From a virus, in IMG/VR virus record IMGVR_UViG_3300027608_000303, positions 1 through 15,632 of that record: DNA of 15,632 nt. One strand, given 5' to 3'. Shown one piece after another: positions 6,346 to 13,750 of this stretch. Position 1 is the stretch's first letter. Each line of letters opens with the position of its first letter. The notes beneath the pieces were generated by a model, which was not told the origin of the DNA, searched no databases, and worked only from the letters and a program-made list of their open reading frames with translations. The translations under genes and the position numbers were made by a program.

Positions 6346-6531
6346 TTATTCCTCGGGCGTGTCGTTATCGCGTAAAGGCAGGGTTATCAACCACACCAAA
6401 ACTCCCACGATAATCAGTAACCCTGTGACTTTTTTTGCTGATCCATCTAGGGTGAAATACGCGATAAGCAAGCCGACATAAGTGTATGTATCAGCCGTTA
6501 TTGCTGAAACGTACCTCTTGAGCCATTTCAC
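6346..6531 (-). CDS. Small membrane protein (two TM helices)
   Basis: 61 aa, with a GTG start in a GTGA overlap preceded by AAGGAG. Hydrophobic segments are YTYVGLLIAYFTL and VTGLLIIVGVLVWLITLPL. It is the last gene of the late operon. Confidence 0.7.
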   Translation of the reverse strand: MKWLKRYVSAITADTYTYVGLLIAYFTLDGSAKKVTGLLIIVGVLVWLITLPLRDNDTPEE

Positions 6532-7358
6532 TTTATTCTCCTTATGCTAGTTGCTATTTGTCCGACAAGGACTGCACCGATCACAACGCTTTGAGATTCC
6601 TCACGCTGGTCAGGGGTCATGTCATTGCCAACATTCAGAATGGCCTCGGCAGCTGCGATCACTTGTGCAGCGCCCGGCAAATCCGCCAAAACGGGTGGTA
6701 GTTCAATTACGATTGGGGGATCAGGTGCAAGTGCTGGTGGCTCTGGGGCAAGCGCTAGTGGTTGCGGTGCTAAAGGCGGTGGCTCGGATGCTACGACAGG
6801 TGGCAAGGGTGCTGGCGTTGGTGGCTCTGGCCGTGGTGTTGGTTCTGGTGTTTGTGTTGGTGTTGGCGTTGGCTCTGGGGCTGGCTCTGGCGCAACTACT
6901 GGCGGCGGGGTTGGCTCATCACTGACCACAGGCTGCGGCACTGGCGGATCGCTCGGGCTTGGTGTCGGTGTTGGCTCTGGCATCGGGGTGTCGCTCGGTG
7001 TGATTATTGGCTCGGGTATAGGTGTTGGATTAACTGGAGGAGGTTCAGATGGTAAGGGTTCTGGGATTATTCCTGCGTAGTAGCGTTGTGGATCATTTGG
7101 TAGCAAAGAGTCACTTATGTAAATTGTGTATGGGCCAGCCCAACCACCCTCACAATAAAGTTGAGCGATGTTCCCCTTATTTTCAAAGTATGGGTTCGAG
7201 TTATCCCAACCAGTTGAAAATGTCCTTTGCTCGCCAGTTATCGGATCGCCACAAGTAATTTCGGCAAAGCCAGTTGCAGCGAATGCTTTGGGCGGTTGCA
7301 ATAGCATCGTGAACCCTACGATGAAAGCGACAAATGCCACTCTCAAAGGCTTATTCAT
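6528..7358 (-). CDS. Secreted, proline-rich, C-terminally anchored envelope protein (function unknown)
   Basis: 276 aa. There is a signal-peptide-like N-terminus (MNKPLRVAFVAFIVGFTMLLQPPKAFA/AT), followed by a ~70-aa two-Cys globular domain. A ~125-aa Pro/Thr/Glu-rich linker spans residues ~98-222 (nt 6693-7067). The C-terminus has a hydrophobic segment, SVVIGAVLVGQIATSI, followed by RRIK. Confidence 0.8.
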   Translation of the reverse strand: MNKPLRVAFVAFIVGFTMLLQPPKAFAATGFAEITCGDPITGEQRTFSTGWDNSNPYFENKGNIAQLYCEGGWAGPYTIYISDSLLPNDPQRYYAGIIPEPLPSEPPPVNPTPIPEPIITPSDTPMPEPTPTPSPSDPPVPQPVVSDEPTPPPVVAPEPAPEPTPTPTQTPEPTPRPEPPTPAPLPPVVASEPPPLAPQPLALAPEPPALAPDPPIVIELPPVLADLPGAAQVIAAAEAILNVGNDMTPDQREESQSVVIGAVLVGQIATSIRRIK

Positions 7359-7744
7359 CAGACTAATTTGGCCTTGATCTGTCTGCCATCTAGGACTATC
7401 GGCGCAGCTGAATCATGCCAGATCCAAAAACCCACCGGCATTGACGGATTACAGTCGATGGTGTGTGACCAGTGCAAGTGATAAGTCTTGCCATCCCAGC
7501 CGCCGATGTTCTTATCATCGTGACCAGTTTCATCCAGTTTGTCTGTGCCAGGGTAACGACCAAAGCGGCCACGCAGTACCGAGCCACCCTTGCTGAATTC
7601 AACACGCAGGATTGTGATCCATTCCCATTGGCCAGCCTTGTCTACCTTGTAAGCAATTCCCTTTGGGTACTCGACCCATGTCCACGCTTTTGGTGGGATT
7701 GATTGTTTGCTAGCACCTGACTCAACTTTCCAAAGTTGGCTCAT
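7358..7744 (-). CDS. Hypothetical Trp-rich protein
   Basis: 128 aa with 9 Trp and no TM segment or signal peptide. An ATGA overlap links it to the holin gene, and a TGATG overlap links it to the next gene. Confidence 0.7.
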   Translation of the reverse strand: MSQLWKVESGASKQSIPPKAWTWVEYPKGIAYKVDKAGQWEWITILRVEFSKGGSVLRGRFGRYPGTDKLDETGHDDKNIGGWDGKTYHLHWSHTIDCNPSMPVGFWIWHDSAAPIVLDGRQIKAKLV

Positions 7745-7983
7745 TTTTCTAGTTTCTTATCGGCATCCGTAAAGATGTCGTTAATCTCTGCGTCATCTAG
7801 GTTGCCGTCTTTGAGGAATGCTCGGGCTAGTCCCTCGATAACTACGGCCACGCCACCAATGCCAGCAATGATGATTGCCTTGGCTGGCTCTACACCTGCC
7901 ACAGCTGATGCGCCTACGACTGAAAGGCTACTGGCTGCAAAGACTGCCACCATTCGTAGCAAAATGTTTTTGGTTTTGTTCAT
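7741..7983 (-). CDS. Holin (putative, two TM helices with a charged C-terminal tail)
   Basis: 80 aa. The two TM segments are LLRMVAVFAASSLSVVGASAVAG and AIIIAGIGGVAVVIEGLARAF, followed by an acidic/basic tail. It lies immediately downstream of the endolysin with an ATGA overlap. Confidence 0.65.
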   Translation of the reverse strand: MNKTKNILLRMVAVFAASSLSVVGASAVAGVEPAKAIIIAGIGGVAVVIEGLARAFLKDGNLDDAEINDIFTDADKKLEK

Positions 7984-8369
7984 GCTCCAAGGATCGCTTT
8001 CGGATCAAGGTCCTTTCCTGCGGACCATCTGATATTGTCGCGCATCTCAAAATGTAGATGCGGCCCTGATGAGTTTCCTGTGCTACCTGATTCGCCAATT
8101 ATCTGACCTTTTGTAACCATTGCGCCTGGCTTAATTCGTACTGCGTTTAGGTGTGCATAGATTACCCAGCCACCCTCGACCTTTTGCACAACCTGGTTGC
8201 CGTAACTTTTGCCCCAATTGGCGTTCTCGATCTTGCCGTCAGCTACTGCCAACACTGGTGTTCCTGTGGGTACTGCGAAGTCAACGCCTGTGTGGTAGCC
8301 CTTTGACCACATCTTGCCTGGCTTCTTGTATGCAGTGGTTATCTTGCCATTTTTAATTGGTAAAGCCAC
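7980..8369 (-). CDS. Endolysin, M23 (LytM-type) metallopeptidase
   Basis: Carries YHTGVDF (HxxxD) and GPHLHFE (HxH) motifs with typical spacing. The track ORF extends to 8417. I prefer the GTG at 8369, which shares one base with the upstream TAG and follows GGAAG. It is a single domain with no recognisable wall-binding module. Confidence 0.88.
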   Translation of the reverse strand: MALPIKNGKITTAYKKPGKMWSKGYHTGVDFAVPTGTPVLAVADGKIENANWGKSYGNQVVQKVEGGWVIYAHLNAVRIKPGAMVTKGQIIGESGSTGNSSGPHLHFEMRDNIRWSAGKDLDPKAILGA

Positions 8370-8617
8370 TACTCTGCCACTTCCAATGCAGGTCCTATAA
8401 AGTTTGTGCCATCCCATGCATAACCAATACCTGCATAAACAGATCGAAAGTTGTTATTGTAAGAAGTTTCAACCCAGTCGCCGCTTAAACCAATAGAAGC
8501 AATAAACGCTTGACCAACAGGTTCGCTGTCTGGAAAAGGTAAATCCTCTATTGTTTCATTGTTAACAACGATTACTTCAACAACATAACCATTTTCAACT
8601 CTTGCAAAATGTGCCAT
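8369..8617 (-). CDS. Small conserved hypothetical protein downstream of the fibre gene
   Basis: 82 aa, starting MAHFARVENGYVVEVIVVNNE. This N-terminal pattern resembles small proteins I recall seeing next to tail fibre genes in aquatic phages, but that is memory only. A TAATG overlap links it to the fibre gene. Confidence 0.65.
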   Translation of the reverse strand: MAHFARVENGYVVEVIVVNNETIEDLPFPDSEPVGQAFIASIGLSGDWVETSYNNNFRSVYAGIGYAWDGTNFIGPALEVAE

Positions 8618-9909
8618 TATGCCAACACCCTAACTATAACTATTCCTGAGCCGCCATTTTTGGAGTTTTTGCCAGCCCCGCCGCCGCCGCCGCCGCCGCC
8701 TGTATTAGCAGTTCCAGCGGTTGCATTATCTGCGTTTGAAGCACCGCCAGTGCCTCCGCCGCCGTCACCGCCTGCAGCTGTCGTGGTTAAATTTGAACCT
8801 ACTCCGCCACCACCGCCGCCGCCGCGTGTCACTGATGTACCAGTTATTGAACTTGCAACTCCGTCTCCACCTTCACGCGCAGCGTCTGTGCTACCAATTT
8901 CAGCAGCTCCCCCGCCGCCGCCGCCGCTTCGAGTAGCGATAACTGATGGCCCGCCTGCAAATCCTTGGCTAGAAGTTCCCGCGCCACCTGCAATTACTGA
9001 TACAATATAACCGCCGCCACCGCCGCCCGAGCCGCCAAGTGACCCAGCGGTTTCTTGCGCTCCGCCCCCGCCTCCGCCAACACTTGTTAAAAATCCAAAA
9101 TTAGAATTTGATCCATTAACACCGTTAGTCAAAGTAGCAGCCGAAATCTGGCCTGCGCCGCCTGCTCCAACGGCAGCGTAATACGTTCCCGTTTGACCTA
9201 TGTAAAGTTGGTTTTCAGCAGCAGCGCCGCCGCCAGATGATTCGCCTGAAACTGTGCAACGATAGCCGCCTGCCCCGCCGCCTGCTGCTGCATCGCCTGC
9301 GGTTGCATTTTCAGATGTTCCGCCGCCGCCGCCCCCAGCAATAACCAAAGCATCTACTAAACCAGTCTTTGTAAATGTTATTGTGCCGGCACCTGTAAAG
9401 GCATAAGCCTTGTAATTAATTCCGCCACTTGTGTAAGTAGTAACTGTGGGGCTGCCCGTAGTACCAGAAACGGAACTATCAGTTAAAGGAGCAACCCCAC
9501 CGCCAAAAGGGACAACAGTCCAAGCGTTTAAGCCTGTTCGTATTAATGAAGCTGATTGGTATTGCTCAAGAGTCGCAGCTAGATTTGTTACGGTTACGCC
9601 TGCACCCGCTGCAAAAGTTACAGTACCAGCGCCAAGACTTACCACGTTTAAGGTTGCATTGGTTGGCCACACTACCGACGCATTTGGTGGGATTGTGTAA
9701 GTTTGAGCGCCTGCGTTATTGGCCGTTACTGTCTTGCCAATGTCGCTAAGCGCAAAAGTGTATGTAGTGCCTGTCTGTGCTTGATAAGTCGGAATTGCTA
9801 CCGCGCTATCAAAGCCAGTGGCCACAGTCTGAATGGCAGATGCGCCATCCTTGACGTAGTCAGTATTCGTAGGGTAACTAATCCCTAGGTAGGTTGTTGT
9901 TCCAGCCAT
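8617..9909 (-). CDS. Glycine-rich minor tail protein / tail fibre (probable receptor-binding protein)
   Basis: 430 aa. The N-terminus (YLGISYPTNTDYVKDGASAIQTVATGFD) is fibre-like. Residues ~185-430 hold six runs of 6-8 consecutive Gly and end in GGSGIVIVRVLA. This layout is typical of the glycine-rich domain found at the C-termini of phage fibre proteins. Confidence 0.8.
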   Translation of the reverse strand: MAGTTTYLGISYPTNTDYVKDGASAIQTVATGFDSAVAIPTYQAQTGTTYTFALSDIGKTVTANNAGAQTYTIPPNASVVWPTNATLNVVSLGAGTVTFAAGAGVTVTNLAATLEQYQSASLIRTGLNAWTVVPFGGGVAPLTDSSVSGTTGSPTVTTYTSGGINYKAYAFTGAGTITFTKTGLVDALVIAGGGGGGTSENATAGDAAAGGGAGGYRCTVSGESSGGGAAAENQLYIGQTGTYYAAVGAGGAGQISAATLTNGVNGSNSNFGFLTSVGGGGGGAQETAGSLGGSGGGGGGYIVSVIAGGAGTSSQGFAGGPSVIATRSGGGGGGAAEIGSTDAAREGGDGVASSITGTSVTRGGGGGGGVGSNLTTTAAGGDGGGGTGGASNADNATAGTANTGGGGGGGGAGKNSKNGGSGIVIVRVLA

Positions 9910-9910
9910 G

Positions 9911-11155
9911 CTATAAGTCCTGCCATTCCTCTGTACTTGGAGTATAACTTGCCCACGTTACAGTTGGCGCTATTTGCAACCAAACTTTGTGTGGATATGT
10001 CTCGGACAAGGCCGAGCAAACTAAGGTTAGGTCACTTGTGTACCTAGTCAGATTCCATTTCATGCCCTCGACAAAGCCATCAAATGTTGTGCCAAAGACT
10101 GCTGGCAGATCTTGGGTATATACCGCCGATCCAACCATCATGTTTATAAGGGCATTTCTTGTGGCATCGCTTACGGTTGGGCTATGTAATGGAATGGTTA
10201 ATTCCTCGGGGTATGTGCGAGGGTATGCCCGGGATTCTAGGAATGCTGTTGCTTGGATCTCAGCATCTGCACCGTTGTGCAAGGTAGTTGATCTAGTGCC
10301 TGCCAACTGACCATAAGATTGCTGACTTGTGTAATCTGCTGCATAGGCTTCGCCATTGTTGCGATAAGTCACGGTTACATCATTCACAATTTCTGACCAC
10401 TGGGCGGCTTGTCGCAAGCCTGCTGCCAGTAGATCATCATCTGTCAAAGTTAATGGCACATAAACTGACCTAGCCCCGTATGAGTCATAGTGTAGAGAGC
10501 CATCAGGTGCTTCAAAAAGGAAACCGCGACCCGATTGGGCAGCTGATTGAACCAATGAAAGAGCATCGGTTAGGCCGCCTGAGTAGGCTTCTAGCTCGTA
10601 GGTTCCGGGCGTATCAATGTCTGCTATTAGATTATCAACTAAAGTTTGGTTAGTCCCATCCCAGTTTCCCCAAGTAGCAATGTTGCTAACACTTGACCAA
10701 ATCAGATCACCCGGCACTTCTGACCAGTCTTGCAAAAATACATCTGAAAGGATGTTTAAGACTCTTGTGCCGTCAAACTCTTTTGCAAAGCCAACCGCGC
10801 CAGTTGTATGTTTATTAACTAGGGCCAATGGGCCGACGGCTGTAATGTTGTAAATCGCCACAGATCCATCAGATCCATAAGCATCTAGGGTTATGTCAAT
10901 GTCCGAAATTATTCCCGTGTAAATTGTTTTGTAGGCCGCTGTTGAGTCTTGGATCTGGATCTCTACGCTGTCCGACAGATTTACGTTAAGGGCAGTGTCT
11001 GCATCAGTCCATAATCTAACGCTGGCAATGCCGGGTTGAGCCTGCTCGTAGATGTCGCGCCTGCCTAGGCTTATGCCAATGCTGCTAATTGTGTTGTCTG
11101 TGTATTCAACCGAACCAGCAAACACCACTTTTGGATAAGGCGTGTAAGTTGTCAC
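9911..11155 (-). CDS. Minor tail protein, distal tail protein (Dit)-like
   Basis: 414 aa, immediately after the tape measure, with a GTG start in a GTGA overlap. The assignment rests on position and size, plus a general resemblance of the N-terminal ~120 aa to siphovirus tail component proteins. Confidence 0.6.
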   Translation of the reverse strand: MTTYTPYPKVVFAGSVEYTDNTISSIGISLGRRDIYEQAQPGIASVRLWTDADTALNVNLSDSVEIQIQDSTAAYKTIYTGIISDIDITLDAYGSDGSVAIYNITAVGPLALVNKHTTGAVGFAKEFDGTRVLNILSDVFLQDWSEVPGDLIWSSVSNIATWGNWDGTNQTLVDNLIADIDTPGTYELEAYSGGLTDALSLVQSAAQSGRGFLFEAPDGSLHYDSYGARSVYVPLTLTDDDLLAAGLRQAAQWSEIVNDVTVTYRNNGEAYAADYTSQQSYGQLAGTRSTTLHNGADAEIQATAFLESRAYPRTYPEELTIPLHSPTVSDATRNALINMMVGSAVYTQDLPAVFGTTFDGFVEGMKWNLTRYTSDLTLVCSALSETYPHKVWLQIAPTVTWASYTPSTEEWQDL

Positions 11156-12459
11156 AATGTAGCCCCGACCAAGTTAATTGGGCCAGTCCGCCTTGCGCTG
11201 TTTTGTAGCAGCTTCTCGATCGATCGGCGAGCAGACTCTGCATCGACAATGCCATTTAGGTTGATGGTCACGTTTTGACCGCCTCCGGCATCAGGGCGAA
11301 CCGATCCAGATCCGCTAGGGACAAATAGTTCAGGGCCAAACTCGCCAACACGGTATGCCTGTCCACCCATTACTGAACCGCCAGCTGCTCTTGCCTTTGG
11401 TCTTGGCGTGAATCCTGCCTCTGGCAGGTTTATATTAAGTGGATTTTGAATAAATCGTAATGCTGGTAAAGCGGCTTGATAAGCATTTGAAATAGCGTTA
11501 ATGGCGTTTGCGACCGTTTCTAATGATGCTGCGATTCGTTCCATCATGCTGGCAGCACCTGGGCCACCGTCTGTAACGGTTGAAAATAGATTGCCAAAAG
11601 CATCGGTAACTGCTCTAAGTGCGCCGCCTAAACTAAATGCGCCATCGCCTTCAAAGTTTCCAGCTAGTTCCCTAGCACGATTGCTCAATCCCTCTGGATC
11701 CTCGCCACTAAATCCCTTGGCAACTTTGTTAACTTCCTCTAACAATGTTTTCATGGTTGGCAGTAATGCCACACCGATGGACTCTTTAAGTTCGCCTACG
11801 CGCTCTGTGACGATGGCCAACTGACCTGCATAGGTTTCGGTGTTGGCCTTAGCTGCGCCACCAAATAACCGTACAAGTTCATCTTGGACTACGTTAAAAT
11901 CTTTTGTTTTCTTGATGTTTTCATCAAGTGGAATGCCCAATTTAGTAAGCGCACCAATGTTGCCGTTGTAAGCCTTGGCGAGAGTCAGCGATACGGTTTC
12001 AAGATCTCGACCAGTTGATGCCGAAATGTCTAAGGCAAGGTTGGTTAGTTCTTGTGCTTTACCTACATCGCTAGTGGCTCGGGCAAGGTTTGCCAGTGCC
12101 GGGCGCAACTTGGTATCGGCTACGCCAAAAGCCAACTGTTGCTTGGTGATGTAAGCCTCGGTTGACTTAATTTGAGCATCGGTGGCATTGGTTGTGTTCT
12201 TTAAAGCTTCGGCAAGTTGCTTTTGTGATGCTTCATCCTCGACTGCCGCCTTGACACCATCAATACCAATCTTGACTGCATAAGCGGCGGCAGCTGCGCC
12301 AGCAACTACGAAAGCCGCAGCGGCAATCTTGCCGTACTTTTTAAGTCCGCCAGCAAAACCCTTGGCATCGTTATCAGCCTGTGCCAGGCTTCGGCCAAAC
12401 TGGTCTACATCAGCAAGCAAATTAAGTTTGAGTGTTCTTACATCAGCCATTGTTGTCAT
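11152..12459 (-). CDS. Tape measure protein
   Basis: 435 aa. It is Ala/Gly/Leu-rich and helical, with an N-terminal hydrophobic stretch (IAAAAFVVAGAAAAAYAV) and a segment like TNLALDISASTGRDLETVSLTLAKAYNGNIGALTKLGIPL, typical of tape-measure domains. The probable start is the second ATG at 12450, which has better RBS spacing. Confidence 0.9.
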   Translation of the reverse strand: MTTMADVRTLKLNLLADVDQFGRSLAQADNDAKGFAGGLKKYGKIAAAAFVVAGAAAAAYAVKIGIDGVKAAVEDEASQKQLAEALKNTTNATDAQIKSTEAYITKQQLAFGVADTKLRPALANLARATSDVGKAQELTNLALDISASTGRDLETVSLTLAKAYNGNIGALTKLGIPLDENIKKTKDFNVVQDELVRLFGGAAKANTETYAGQLAIVTERVGELKESIGVALLPTMKTLLEEVNKVAKGFSGEDPEGLSNRARELAGNFEGDGAFSLGGALRAVTDAFGNLFSTVTDGGPGAASMMERIAASLETVANAINAISNAYQAALPALRFIQNPLNINLPEAGFTPRPKARAAGGSVMGGQAYRVGEFGPELFVPSGSGSVRPDAGGGQNVTINLNGIVDAESARRSIEKLLQNSARRTGPINLVGATL

Positions 12460-12937
12460 CCCACTTTTCTATAACTCTTTTGCTAACCGCATCTTTCCAT
12501 CGGCGTGTCAATTCTGGCTGGATTCTTTTAAGTGTTATGAAAATGCCATAACCCTCATTACCTCTACCCTGTGCAGGTGAGCGATCAGGAAAGCGTCGAC
12601 CACCATTTTCAAATGGTGCAGGGCCGCCAAACTCTGATCCAAACAAAACCTGACCAGATACCGCGCCGCCACTAAATCGACCCTTACTGCCACCAATGGT
12701 TACGTTAGGTATGCGATCCTTGTTGGCTCGAATAGTTGCCGCGACCTTTTGGGCTTGGGCTGGCAATGGGTTGAAGTTATAGCTGCTTTGCATCTCTGTG
12801 GCCGACCACTGGCTAATGCTGGTCACGTCATCTTTTAGGGCTTTTTTTGCACCCTCATCCATCTCACGAAATGCCTTGTAAAGCGATTTAAAATCCCGAG
12901 AGTCAGGGGTCATCTTGACGGTTACTTTGTCAGCCAT
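12443..12937 (-). CDS. HK97 gp10-like tail-completion / neck protein (putative)
   Basis: The track ORF is 12443..12943. The ATG at 12937 lies 6 nt after AGAGGA, so I prefer it. The segments LFGSEFGG and GYGIFITLKRIQPELTRRW resemble the HK97 gp10 family as I remember it. The position between chaperone and tape measure is atypical. Confidence 0.5.
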   Translation of the reverse strand: MADKVTVKMTPDSRDFKSLYKAFREMDEGAKKALKDDVTSISQWSATEMQSSYNFNPLPAQAQKVAATIRANKDRIPNVTIGGSKGRFSGGAVSGQVLFGSEFGGPAPFENGGRRFPDRSPAQGRGNEGYGIFITLKRIQPELTRRWKDAVSKRVIEKWDDNNG

Positions 12938-13321
12938 GACCATTCCTCTCTTGTATCAGCGTTACTGCTGTTGTTATGTCAGCGAGCGACCAAGTCAAAA
13001 GATCGGCCAAAGGGATGCCGGTCGATGTTGCGATCCGCACCAGCGTGTCCCTTAGTTCTCTTTTGGGCTTTCCTCGACCACCTCAAAGGTTTCAAACTCA
13101 TTGGTAACCCAGGCTTGCTGACTTGGCAACTTGGTATGCCCTTGGGCCTTGGCGGCCTTGTAAAGCATACAAGTGATGACATCTAATGAACCTTGGCTCA
13201 TCTTGTCAGCAGCCTGGCTGACTGTGTAGCCGAGTTCGCGTTCGATCTCGATCCACAGCCAAGCCGACTCATCGCTCACTATGTAGTTATTGCCCTGTTT
13301 TGTTGTAACTGTGTATTGCAT
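12930..13321 (-). CDS. Tail assembly chaperone, -1 frameshift (G-T-like) product, ~130 aa
   Basis: After a slip at C CCA AAA, the -1 frame stays open for 43 codons: RELRDTLVRIATSTGIPLADLLTWSLADITTAVTLIQERNGHG. It ends at TGA 12932-12930. This ORF is not in the track because it has no start codon of its own. Confidence 0.6.
13052..13321 (-). CDS. Tail assembly chaperone (G-like, zero-frame product)
   Basis: 89-aa acidic protein between the major tail protein and the tape-measure region. It ends ...EESPKEN and contains a canonical slippery heptamer 6 nt (two codons) before its stop codon. Confidence 0.7.
   Translation of the reverse strand: MQYTVTTKQGNNYIVSDESAWLWIEIERELGYTVSQAADKMSQGSLDVITCMLYKAAKAQGHTKLPSQQAWVTNEFETFEVVEESPKEN
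13061..13067 (-). promoter_or_regulatory. Slippery heptamer C CCA AAA for -1 programmed ribosomal frameshifting
   Basis: Minus-strand CCCAAAA. In the zero frame the codons are AGC CCA AAA, which fits X XXY YYZ. Confidence 0.6.
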
Positions 13322-13343
13322 AAGGGTTGCCCTGTTCTATTCG

Positions 13344-13739
13344 TTAAGTGCGAGTTACTGTTCCATCCTCGACTACAAAAGATAGCGAGGTGGTTAGTAC
13401 GTCAGTGGCCGCGCCACCAACGGTTGGAAATACTGGGAATACGTTGCCAGCAAATGTGTCGCCGTTTACATCGAACGTGAATGCCAACGATGTGTCAGGT
13501 GATGAATTGGCTGCATCCCAAAGCGCGCTGATGATTCCAGCTGATGATGTGTCGTCTAGGTATAGTTCGACGTTTAGTGTCGCGAACTTGTCAACGGTCT
13601 TGTAAGCGCGACCCGATAGCACTTCAAGTACCTGCTGGTTGTTTTCGCGCTCAAGGGTGACTGTTGATGCCTGGTCAGCGTAACTCACCGAATTGATCGA
13701 TAAAGTCAACGAGCGACCAGTTATGTATGTTGCTGGCAT
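13344..13739 (-). CDS. Major tail protein (putative)
   Basis: The track ORF extends to 13835, but that part overlaps the upstream gene. The ATG at 13739 lies 7 nt after AAAGG and just downstream of the upstream stop at 13751-13753. This gives 131 aa starting MPATYITGRSLTL. The position immediately before the chaperone supports the call. Confidence 0.65.
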   Translation of the reverse strand: MPATYITGRSLTLSINSVSYADQASTVTLERENNQQVLEVLSGRAYKTVDKFATLNVELYLDDTSSAGIISALWDAANSSPDTSLAFTFDVNGDTFAGNVFPVFPTVGGAATDVLTTSLSFVVEDGTVTRT

Positions 13740-13750
13740 GACTTGCCTTT

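Noticed and set aside
6660-6700. LPGAA in the Pro-rich protein as a sortase (LPXTG-like) sorting signal
   Set aside because: The motif does not match LPXTG/LAXTG, and it lies ~30 residues before the hydrophobic segment instead of directly before it.
6619-7080. Plus-strand 153-aa glycine-rich ORF and its neighbours 6551-6925 and 6852-7055
   Set aside because: They are mirror images of the proline-rich spacer of the 6528-7358 gene. The minus-strand reading has a signal peptide, an RBS and coupled neighbours.
8370-8417. Longer endolysin start at ATG 8417
   Set aside because: It would overlap the upstream gene by 49 nt. The GTG at 8369 sits in a TAGTG stop-start junction with an upstream GGAAG and still includes the whole M23 domain. 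The longer form is not excluded.
8609-9010. Plus-strand 133-aa proline-rich ORF (PPPPPPPP runs)
   Set aside because: It is the mirror image of the glycine-rich fibre gene, since GGC/GGN codons read as CCN on the other strand. It is a low-complexity artefact.
12979-13182. 67-aa minus-strand ORF overlapping the chaperone, which could be taken for the frameshift (T) frame
   Set aside because: It is in the +1 (-2) frame relative to the chaperone and extends only ~25 residues past the chaperone stop, with an unnatural-looking sequence. The canonical heptamer C CCA AAA instead leads into the -1 frame, which is open for 43 codons.
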